Below are positions 17,587-27,400 of a stretch of DNA of 64,000 bases, one piece after another. The stretch's first letter is position 1. Each line of letters starts with the position of its first letter. The stretch covers positions 1,787 through 65,786 of the forward strand of contig JAJZPH010000005.1 of NCBI GenBank assembly GCA_021811265.1, read 5' to 3'. The translations under genes were made by a program, and so were the position numbers. The notes under the pieces are model-generated. The model was not told the DNA's origin. It ran no database searches and worked only from the letters and a program-made list of their open reading frames with translations. Source of the stretch: a bacterium (lineage in GTDB: Bacteria > Chlamydiota > Chlamydiia > Chlamydiales > SM23-39).

Positions 17587-18573
17587 CTAAAGTAAAATTT
17601 CTTCTCTATGAATTGTGTTGGGATCCCGTTTAGAAAGCGCGCGCTCGTAGCGCTCGTCATAATAATGCATGAGAAGAAGAATGGCTTCTGCATAGTTTTT
17701 TTCTTCAACGAGAGCAACTGCTTTTTTTGTATTTTCCTCGCCGAGGCCTTTTTTGAGTTGACATATGCTTTTTGTAAGATTTTCTACCGGTTGCGCAGCA
17801 TAGTCGCGCAAGATGCGTTGCACGCGCTCTTCGGGAGTCGAAGAGAGAAGGTAGACGGGTGCTTTTTGCATCTGGTTAAAAAATGAGTCGGGAATCCGCA
17901 TGGTGCCAATAAACCTACTCTCATCCTCTACCCAAAATGTTTTGTCTTGAAGATCGAAGAGAGCAAGGCCCAAAAGATTTTCAAACTGTTCTTGGGAAGG
18001 CTGCGAATGTGCAAGTGCTCCAAAAACCGAACCTCGGTGTTGTGCCAGCTCCTCTAAATCAAGCATAGGCTCGTGTTTCTTTTTCAGTTTTTGTAAAAGG
18101 TCGGTCTTTCCCACTCCAGTTTTTCCAGAAAGAACGCATAGTGAGTAGGTCTTTGCAAAGAGGGAAAGAACAAATCTGCGAAAAGTCTTATAACCTCCAG
18201 GAATCAGTGTGACTTTATATCCTAAAAGTTCGAAAAGCCAGCCCATGGCTTGGCTACGCATGCCTCCGCGGGCGCAGTAGAGAATCAGCTCTTTGGGAAG
18301 CTTGCACTCTTTAATTTTTTCTACAAGGGAGGATAGCGAAATAAGAGAGAGTCCCTTTTCGATCGCCGAATGCCTGCCCCCTTGTTTGTAGGTTGTTCCG
18401 ACAATGGCTCTTTCTTCATCGGAAAAGAGGGGAATGTGGATGGCTGTGGGAATATGTCCATTGTTGTATTCGCTTTGCGAGCGGACATCGATGAAAGGCT
18501 TTTGCTCTGCATTGGAAAATAGCGAGAGAAAAAACGAGTGGTCTTCCGACAAAAATCTGCTCATGAAGTTCAA
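17587..18573 (-). CDS. selU: tRNA 2-selenouridine/geranyl-2-thiouridine synthase (rhodanese plus P-loop)
   Basis: Co-linear with E. coli SelU/YbbB. Shared segments are FIDVRSQSEYNNGHIP, ERAIVGTTYKQGG, active-site YCARGGMRSQ, P-loop LSGKTGVGKT, AQHRGSVFG, WVEDESRFIG and HYYDERY. Confidence 0.88.
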   Translation of the reverse strand: MNFMSRFLSEDHSFFLSLFSNAEQKPFIDVRSQSEYNNGHIPTAIHIPLFSDEERAIVGTTYKQGGRHSAIEKGLSLISLSSLVEKIKECKLPKELILYCARGGMRSQAMGWLFELLGYKVTLIPGGYKTFRRFVLSLFAKTYSLCVLSGKTGVGKTDLLQKLKKKHEPMLDLEELAQHRGSVFGALAHSQPSQEQFENLLGLALFDLQDKTFWVEDESRFIGTMRIPDSFFNQMQKAPVYLLSSTPEERVQRILRDYAAQPVENLTKSICQLKKGLGEENTKKAVALVEEKNYAEAILLLMHYYDERYERALSKRDPNTIHREEILL

Positions 18574-19013
18574 GTGGTTTTGGTAAAAACAAGAGAATCG
18601 AGATAACTTTGCAAAAGCAAAGCTGCTGCTGCAGGATCGGTTTTCCCCTTTCTTTGTTTGCGAGAAAGACCCATTTCTTTCAAGCTCTGTTCCGCAATAG
18701 AGCTGGTGAACCTTTCATCCCAGAGAACAATAGGAATGGGAATAAGGCGAGAGAGCCTTTCTGCAAAAGCTTCTACTTCGAGAGTCATTTCCCCTTTGGT
18801 TGCGTTCATCAGCAGTGGATGACCGACGAGGATCTGATCAACATCTTGTATGGTTTGGATGGTAGCTAAGAGAAAGAGCGCAAGATCTTTTGCATTTTTT
18901 GGAACATCCACAACTTTATATGGAAGAGCAATGCGTTTTTGCGAGTCGGATAGCGCAAGGCCTATGCGCGCTCTTCCATAATCGATTGCTAAAATCCTAC
19001 CCATTTTTTGCAT
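18570..19013 (-). CDS. ruvX: YqgF/RuvX putative pre-16S rRNA nuclease (Holliday-junction-resolvase-like)
   Basis: MQKMGRILAIDYGRARIGLALSD... and ...VLWDERFTS are YqgF hallmarks. The 194-aa track ORF over-extends into pyrG. The start is taken at ATG 19013, with 19004 as an alternative. Confidence 0.85.
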   Translation of the reverse strand: MQKMGRILAIDYGRARIGLALSDSQKRIALPYKVVDVPKNAKDLALFLLATIQTIQDVDQILVGHPLLMNATKGEMTLEVEAFAERLSRLIPIPIVLWDERFTSSIAEQSLKEMGLSRKQRKGKTDPAAAALLLQSYLDSLVFTKTT

Positions 19014-20619
19014 CTCGATAGCGGATAGCCGCAGCGATGAAGTCGCGAAAGAGAGGATGAGGATCCAGAGGCTTGGATTTGAATTCGGGATGGTACTGAA
19101 CGCCAAGCATCCAGGGATGGTCTTTGATTTCTGCAATTTCGCACAGGTCTCCATTTTCTAAAGTTCCCGTAAAAAGAAATCCCTCTTTTTCGAAGAGTTC
19201 CTTATACTTGTTGTTGAACTCATAGCGGTGGCGGTGTCTTTCAGAAATGAGTTTTTTCCCATAAGCTTTAAACGCTTTGGAGGGCTCTTTCAATTGACAG
19301 GAGTAAGCGCCCAGCCTCATGGTCCCTCCCATATTTTCTATTCCCTGCTGTTCTGCAAGCAGAGAGACGACGGGATGGGTAGTTCTAGGATCGATTTCTG
19401 TCGTATTGGCATCTTTGAAGGAAAGAACGTGACGGGCAAACTCGACACCCATCACCTGCATGCCAAAGCATATGCCAAAATAGGGCAGTTTGTGTTCTCT
19501 GCAATATTGTGCAGCAAGTATTTTTCCTTCCCATCCTCTTTCCCCAAAGCCTCCGGGAACCAAAATGCCATCGCATTCCGAAAAAAGCTTGGAAAGGTTT
19601 TCCTCTTTTGTGATTTTTTCCGACTCAAATTTTTTGATATTTAGCTTCATGTCAGCATGAATGGCACCGTGGTGCAAAGCTTCGAAAACCGATTTGTAGG
19701 CATCTTGATGATCCAGATATTTACCAGCAATTCCTATTGTTACTACGCCTTTGGGATGAAAAATGGTTTGCAGCATTTTTTCCCACCTTGAGATATCGGC
19801 TTTTTCGCATCTGAGATGGAGAAATTTACATAGCATTTCGTCGATTTTTTGGCGGTAGAGGTCGATGGGTACTTCGTAAATGCTTTTTTCGACATCCTTT
19901 TCGTCAAAAACGGCCTCTTGTGCTACGTTGCAAAAAAGTGCAATTTTGTCTTTCAAGTCTTGTGAAAGGGCATGCTCTGACCTGCAGAGAATCATGTCGG
20001 GGATGATCCCGATTTGCCGCAGAATTTGTACGGAGTGTTGCGTGGGCTTTGTTTTGACCTCGCCGGCAGCTTTTAGATAGGGAACATAGGTTAGATGGAT
20101 GTTGATGCAATCCTCTCTTCTTTCATTGCGGAATTGCCGAATTGCTTCTAGAAAGGGCTGCGATTCAATGTCGCCAACCGTTCCTCCGATTTCCACAAAG
20201 ACCACCTGGATGTCCTTGTCTTGCTTCCCGCACGCGATAATGCGCTGCTTGATCTCGTCTGTGATATGGGGAATTACTTGCACTGTTTTTCCCAGGTAAT
20301 CTCCTTTTCTTTCCCTGCGAATGACCGTTTCATAAATTTGGCCAGAGGTGGCATTGGAAGCTTTGGAAAGAGGAGAATTGGTGTATCGGTAATAGTGGCC
20401 CAAATCCAGATCGGTTTCTGCTCCGTCATCCGTAACATAGACTTCTCCATGTTGGAATGGATTCATCGTTCCTGGGTCGACATTCAAGTAGGGGTCGAGT
20501 TTGAGCATGGCAATTTTTTGCCCCCTGCTTTCTAAAAGAAGCGCAATGGAAGCAGCGGTCAATCCTTTACCAAGAGAGGAGACAACGCCTCCTGTAATAA
20601 AAATGTATTTTAGCGACAT
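18997..20619 (-). CDS. pyrG: CTP synthase
   Basis: MSLKYIFITGGVVSSLGKG, the glutaminase motif GICFGMQ and QYHPEF. Full length at 540 aa. Confidence 0.96.
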   Translation of the reverse strand: MSLKYIFITGGVVSSLGKGLTAASIALLLESRGQKIAMLKLDPYLNVDPGTMNPFQHGEVYVTDDGAETDLDLGHYYRYTNSPLSKASNATSGQIYETVIRRERKGDYLGKTVQVIPHITDEIKQRIIACGKQDKDIQVVFVEIGGTVGDIESQPFLEAIRQFRNERREDCINIHLTYVPYLKAAGEVKTKPTQHSVQILRQIGIIPDMILCRSEHALSQDLKDKIALFCNVAQEAVFDEKDVEKSIYEVPIDLYRQKIDEMLCKFLHLRCEKADISRWEKMLQTIFHPKGVVTIGIAGKYLDHQDAYKSVFEALHHGAIHADMKLNIKKFESEKITKEENLSKLFSECDGILVPGGFGERGWEGKILAAQYCREHKLPYFGICFGMQVMGVEFARHVLSFKDANTTEIDPRTTHPVVSLLAEQQGIENMGGTMRLGAYSCQLKEPSKAFKAYGKKLISERHRHRYEFNNKYKELFEKEGFLFTGTLENGDLCEIAEIKDHPWMLGVQYHPEFKSKPLDPHPLFRDFIAAAIRYRDAKNG

Positions 20620-21353
20620 AAGACCTCTTCTACCTTGCGGATATCATCTGGGATATCCACGCCTAAGATTTTTTCCTCGACTATTGCTACTTTAATTTTG
20701 TACCCATGTTCTAATACTTTAAGCTGTTCCAAATCCTCACTTTTCTGCAAAGGAGTGTCGGGTAGTTTAAGATAAGTGGGCAGAAAAGAAAGGCGGTATG
20801 CATAAATTCCCAAATGGGAGTAATAACAGACTTGTCCATTTTTATGACAGGCTGAATGATAGGGAATAGGGGATCTACTGAAATAAAGAGCTCTGTTTTT
20901 TTGATCAAAGATGCATTTGACCACATGGGAAGAAAAAATCTCTCCTTCCTCTTTGATGGGGCTTACAGCTGTAGATACAACAGCCTCTTGGTCTTCTAAA
21001 ATAGCTTCGATTACTGCTTGGATTGTCTTTTTCTCGATGCAGGGGTGATCTCCTTGCACATTGACCAGGATTTCAGCCTGTTGCAAAAGAGGCTCTTTTT
21101 TTAGAGCATCTCCAATCCGTTCTGTTCCATTGTTGCATGCAGGAGAGGTCATGATGACCTCTCCGCCGCACGAACGCATCAACTCTGCGATTTTCTCATC
21201 ATCAGTGGCTACAAAAAGGCGGTCAAAGCAGTCAGATGCCAGAGCATTTTCATAAGTTCTTTGAATCAAACTTTTCCCAAGAATTGGGGCGAGCATTTTT
21301 CCTGGAAATCGCTTACTTGCAAAGCGCGCAGGAATAATGCCGAAAATTTTCAT
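20610..21353 (-). CDS. kdsB: 3-deoxy-manno-octulosonate cytidylyltransferase (CMP-Kdo synthetase)
   Basis: GIIPARFASKRFPGK, VNVQGDHP and the overall KdsB length. The kdsB-pyrG-ruvX order is the one I recall from Chlamydia genomes. Confidence 0.92.
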   Translation of the reverse strand: MKIFGIIPARFASKRFPGKMLAPILGKSLIQRTYENALASDCFDRLFVATDDEKIAELMRSCGGEVIMTSPACNNGTERIGDALKKEPLLQQAEILVNVQGDHPCIEKKTIQAVIEAILEDQEAVVSTAVSPIKEEGEIFSSHVVKCIFDQKNRALYFSRSPIPYHSACHKNGQVCYYSHLGIYAYRLSFLPTYLKLPDTPLQKSEDLEQLKVLEHGYKIKVAIVEEKILGVDIPDDIRKVEEVLCR

Positions 21354-21433
21354 AAAATTCTACTTGCCTTCATGCTGAAAAAATATCAAAAAATTCGATA
21401 ATAATCAATATCGAAGAATTGTGAAATTTTTTC

Positions 21434-21462
21434 TTGACTCTCAATGTGGAAGAGTGAACCAT
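21434..21462 (+). promoter_or_regulatory. Candidate promoter of giant gene 2 (-35 TTGACT, 17-bp spacer, -10 AACCAT), duplicated copy of 8373-8401
   Basis: Aligns position for position with the element upstream of giant gene 1. It lies inside the GTG-initiated extension of the track ORF, which argues against that extension. Confidence 0.35.
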
Positions 21463-21492
21463 TTTAGTGAAAAATTTCTTGAAAGGAGATCT

Positions 21493-24400
21493 ATGTCCAG
21501 TTCCTTCTTTGTGGGTTTACGAAGCAAAGTACAAAACTTTCTTTCTCCTTGGCTGCTCAGCCCGTCTCTTTTTCAAAGAGTACGTGCTCCTTCAGCCCAA
21601 AAGAGCCTCCATCATGAATGCGAAGTTCTTCCGTCTGATCCCGAATGGGATTTTGTGAATTCCTATTTCTTCCAATACGCTCCCTTAACCTACTCCATCA
21701 AACGGGTTTTTTGTGTCCACAATCCTTTGCAAACCGAGCAGTTTGAAGCCTCTTTGGTAACCATGGATGGCCAGGCACAAAATCCTGTCTTTTCTCCTAA
21801 ATGGCAAACGGAAGATCCTACAGGCTGTCGTGCAAAAGTGATAGCTCGATGGAGAGAATTTGCTAATGCTTTTTCTCCTGTTGCCGTGGTGCGCGCAGGC
21901 TCTCGCAAAGAAATCTTATCGCATGTATTTGTTTTTCCCTATTGGCATGGAAGCAATCAAGAAAAAGTCCAATCCATTTGCGATACTGGATTTGCCTACT
22001 TCGGCAAGCATAATTTTGATAAGGGAGATAAAGGACCTTCTACAGATGTTGGGTTTTTTGGTAGTGGAATTTATTTTACCAATAGCGCTCGCTATGCAGC
22101 GGATCTTTATAGTTTGGGCCATCTTCTTCTTGCATGGGTCAGCATGCGCTCTCCCTATCCCGTGATCGAGCAAGATGATCCAGATAGTCCTTCAGATAGG
22201 GAGAAATTGGAAAGAGGCCCTGCTTTTGAAAACTATGATGCCCACTATATTCCTGTCATTATTCCTGTCATTGCAGGGGTTCCCTCGAACCCGATGTGCC
22301 CTACTTATGTACCCTGTAGAAAAGATCAGATCCCCATGTGGGATGAAACCGTAGTCTTCCACTCGAACCAAACACTTCCTCGATTTTACGTAGAACTGAT
22401 GATCACTCTTCCAAAAACTCCTGTTTCTCCAGTGGCTATGTTGACTCAACTTTTAGACGCTCTGCAAGATCTCTCTGCCAAGCCAGAGATAGCTCAAAAT
22501 CCACAACTTCGTTCGCTTTTTCAACAAGAAAAACAGCTATTGTTTGTTATAGGGGATACCTCTCGCCTCTCTGGAGATAGCTCTCATCTTCCTTTGGTAG
22601 ATCAAAAGTTTTTTGATCTTGTTCGACAATTGCAAACCGGGGCTGCCAAATTGGACGAGTATGCAATACGACAATTTTTAGCTTTAATCCCTTTTCCTAA
22701 ACCTCCTGCACCTTCTGCAGCTTTTTTCCCCTCTCCTTTTGACATTCCTTCTGTATTAGAGAGAGCTGTTTCTACCGGAGAGATTTTGGACGTTAGTGGA
22801 ATAAAAAAAGAGGAGGCTTTTGCTGCTCTCGGTCCTCTTTTTCGAAGAATTTTGACTTGTAAACGGATTCATGACCCTGGAGAAAAGGAAAATTTTTTTT
22901 GTTCGAACTGGGAAATTCCTTGTTTGGACTTTAGTGCGTCGACTTTTGTTCTTCTTCTAGAGAATGGGCAAATGGTGACTGGAGATTCCTATGCCATGAG
23001 GATATGGGATCCTTATGCAGGAAAATGTCTTCAGTCATTCAAGAGAAAACCATATCGTTATCGTTGCTGTGAATTTGAAAGATGTAATTGCCATAAAGTT
23101 CTTTCTCTTGAAAAAGAGCGCTTGTTGTTCTCAATAGATGATCGAGAACTCGTGATTTGGGATCTATGCGCTGATAAAATTTTGCAACACTTCTATTTTC
23201 CTCACTACGGTGAGATTAGTGATTTTATCCTATTAAAAAATGGTTACATCGCAGCTATTTATGGAGGAACCATTTGTCTTTGGACCCTCCTTACTGGAGA
23301 ATGTCAAGAGACTTTTGAGGTAGAGCATTATTTTAAAAACTCAAAACTTTTTTCTATGGGAAAAGATTATTTGGGAATTGTAGACTCTTCTGAGCCCACC
23401 TTGATAATATGGAGTTTGAATGAAAAAAAATGCATTTTCAGTAAAAAATTCTTGTCAGATTTTTGTCTTTCTGATGAAGAAGTTGTTTATTGTGAAGATG
23501 GCAGTCTTTTTGTTTTTCATCCTTCCAAATCTTTTTCTGAAAAACAAAGAGATAAACCAAAGCAGTTGATGGGACATAAAGACAGGGTCCTGTGTTGCTG
23601 TCGACTTAAAAATGGCCATGTAATTAGTGGATCGAAGGATAAGACCTTAAAAATCTGGGACACTCAAAACTGTCAATGTGTAAAGACTTTGGAAAGCTGG
23701 GCACCGGTATCTAAAATATGGGAGCTGAAAAATGGTTGGATAGTGAGTAGAGAAGGAGATGATACTCTGGGTGTTTGGGACCTACAGACAGGAAAGCTTC
23801 TGCAAGAATTTTTTTCAAAAGACGTTAAAAGTATTGAGGAAATTGGAGAGGGAAAGATCTTGGTTGTCTCTAAAGCGAACACTGCTATTTTCGATCTTGT
23901 AAAGAGAGAGTGTGTATGTACTTTTGCTGGCAAAGGGTTCTGTCTCAAAGAGGGCTTTATTCTATGTCATTTAGGACACGCTTTACAGTCTATAAATCCA
24001 ACAAGCGGATGTGTTTTGCAAACCTTTGGGTTTCCTATTATTTCTTCGCCTACAGCCCCTTATCAATTTCCGGACAGCAGAAAGCTGATAATATCCGATC
24101 ACTCTATCCTTGAGGAAAGAAGAGGGGTTTTTCAGTGTGTGGCACCAGATATGCATCCGCAGCCCTTATTGTTTTTAAAGGAGGGGCTTGTTTTGGTGGA
24201 AGAAGATGGGAATTTTCAAGTAATAAATCCAAGAGATGGCAGGGTACTTAATACTTTTCCTTGTTATCAAGGAAGAGGATATACAAAATTGATTTCTGCG
24301 CCAAAAGGCAAGCTCGTTGCTTTATCGGACTATCGAGTAGATATTTGGGATAGAAAATGCGATAAAGTCATCAAATCTTTACACCTCAAGAAAGGCCTTG

Positions 24401-27400
24401 GACCTTTTTGGCTGTCGGAAAATGTTCGATTTTTAGCAAGGAAGCTTATAGAAAGTTTTCAAGTATTTTTAGAGAAGTCAGCAGTTCTTAAAGCAAGATT
24501 TGACAATATAATTGAATTACAAAATGGCGGAATCGTAGGAGTTTCAGAAGATCGTTTTTTGAAGGTTTGGGATGCAAAGGGAAAGTGCCTTCGAATTTTA
24601 AAAGGACATGAAGCAAAAATCTCATTTGCGATCGAACTCCAAGGAAATCGTCTTATCAGTGGTTCTGAGGATGGTGTCTTAATAATCTGGGATTTACAAA
24701 GTGGAGATATTTTATGCACATTAAAAGATCATAAAAGTGGAGTTACTGCTATTTGTGAACTGGAAGATGGCCTTATTGCGAGTGCAGATCGGGATGGAAG
24801 ACTAGAAATTTGGAATTCGGATGGGTCTCCGAGAGGGTTGCGTAGTAGTTTTTTCCCTCGTATTCATCTTTCCTCTCACGTCTCTTCTATTCTTTCTTTA
24901 AAAGATGGTCGATTTGTGACCTTCTCGGTCGATGGAAAATATAGAATTTGGAGCTTCTTCTTAGGACTCTTAACATGTAAACAAGAGGTAGAAACCCACC
25001 TAAAGGGATCTTTTTACCTTGCTCAGCGTAAAGATGGCAATCTGTCTATTTTTGGAGATAATGAATGCGCAATTTTTGACTTAGAGACGGGAACAGCTTT
25101 AAGTCGACCTTTGGTTGCACAAAAATCTTTTCGGATATCAAAAGAAAAGATGGTTAGCTTTTTTAATGGAAGGATTTTTCTTTGGAATCCTGTTTCTGGC
25201 AAATGCATTCGGCAAATGCAAGCTCCTTCGGATCGCGTAAGTGATTGCATTCTTTTACAAGACGGCTCTCTTCTCATAGGCTTCTCAGATGGGACTCTAC
25301 AGAAATGGGAGCAAAGTGGAGAAGGAGGCGTGAAAACTTGGAACTGGGAGAAGCTAACAGCTCTTCTTCAACTTCGGGACGGACGTATTGTGATTGGGTT
25401 AGCGCAGCTTGATCGTAGCAAAAGTGTATTTTTGTGGGGTTCTAGTAGATATAGACATACTTTAGAAATATGGAGCCCTGATATAGAAAAACGTTTATCT
25501 ACTTGGGATGGATATAAGGGGGGCAATCTTTTGCAACTCGAAGATGGGTCCTTAATCGATGAACTCCATGAAGGCGTGGGATGGGACATAAAAACAGGAC
25601 AACTTATTTACCCTTCTGCTGACCTCGAATGGATAAGGTATAAGAGAAAAATTCAGGACTTCGAATGTTTCTGTGTGAATTGGGATTTTTACAAAATGTT
25701 AGATCTTTCTCAAGAAAGCGATCTGCAATGGATTTTAGAAAATGATGTGCACCAGCTGCAAGTAGGAATAGAGCTTCGAGAAGGATTTTTAGTTCATGAA
25801 AACGCACACTTACAAATTTTAGATCCTATAACCAATATCCTTTTACGGTCTTTTGAAGACAAAGGCATGGTAGATGCAGTATTTCTACTCAAGGACGGTT
25901 CTCTAGCAACTACCGATGTCTTTAAGGGCTCTTGGGGGAAAGTAGAAGTAAGTGTTTGGAATCCTCATGATGGAGAATGTCTTCGCGTTGTAGGTTTGCC
26001 TCCATCAGATTCCTCGGAGCGAAAAGAACCATCCAGCATAACACAGAGTCGTGCTTTAGAAGAAATTGTGCCCAATGGAGCCTCTTCTTCTATATTGAAA
26101 ATTTGGAGCTCCCTATCGGAATCTTGCAAGACCTCTCTTCAAACCTCTTATTTCCTACCCATGGTTCAACTAGAGGATGGTTCTTTCGCCCTTTTTAAGT
26201 ATAGGGAGGCTATTATAGAGATTTGGAATAAGGAAGCAAACAAACGTCTAGAAATTTTAGGAGGGGGGTTTTTGCAAGAGGGGCTTTTGCTCCTCCAAGA
26301 TGGATCTATTCTCAACTGGCTACAAGGAAATCCTTCTATTAGAATTTGGAACCCAGTGGATGGAAAAATGGTTCAAGTTCTTCGTGGCCATCTGGATCCT
26401 ACCACTTGTGCAATACAGTTACGAGAGGGTCCTGTAGTCAGTGGTTCGAGAGATAGTACTCTGAAGATTTGGGACTTGAAAGGAGGAAATTGCTTACAAA
26501 CTTTGCAAGGCCATCAAGGAGCCATTACCTCTGTCCTTCAACTACCTGAAAATAGGTTGTTAAGCGGATCAGAAGATAAAACTTTAAAAATTTGGAATCT
26601 TGTGACGGGAGAGTGTCTAAAGACCATCTCCTGCGAAGAGCCTGTCCTTTCTCTTTTTCAGCTTCAAGATGGGCGTATTTTGAGTCGCTATGAAAAATAC
26701 CGCTCCTATTGTCTTCAGCTATGGGATTTGAGACGAGGAGTGCCAATACGAAGTTTGATTGTTCAGAAAGACACGTTTGATCAGATTCGATTTCAGGATC
26801 AGGTTCTTGGTAAGGAAAAAATTCACTTAGATCTTTGGCATCCCTTTCTCATGCCTCTTCCCTTCCCCGCTCTTTCTTCTTCTCTTTCTCCATTCCTTAA
26901 TAGGCTAGAAGAACAGATTATACTGATAACTGCGATAGAAAAACATTCCATTCCCAAAATGACCGATGTGCCTGTTGTAGAAGTACCTGACAAAGCATCT
27001 GCTCTCCAGGCCCAGGCACGTTTGCATGTAGAAAAGAGAGAATTTGCGCAAGCTTTGGATCGGTATTTCGAAGCTCTTCAATTTACCAATCGGAGCTCTG
27101 CCTATCTTCCCATTGCCCAGATCTTTAAAGAACACTTTCCAAGAAAAGCTCCTTTAGCTTTTCTCCAACTCGCAAGGGCCCAAGCCAAAGAAGAAGATCT
27201 TCTTGGAATTCGAGAGACCCTTAGTTCCCTTAGCGGTTTGTTAAAGAGCCCTGAACTTTTTGAACTTTTGGGAGAGTGTGCTTTGCTGGCCAAAGAACCA
27301 AAGGAAGCATGCATTTTTTATGAAAAAGCCATGGAACAGTATGAACCTAGAGGCAGAAAAGAAGATATCATTCGGGGATATGAAAAAATCTTGGCTTGCG

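Noticed and set aside
21421-21492. A GTG-initiated 24-codon N-terminal extension of giant gene 2 in the ORF track.
   Set aside because: The extension covers the promoter-like element duplicated upstream of gene 1. It has no counterpart in the paralogue. The ATG at 21493 has a good RBS and aligns with the paralogue start.
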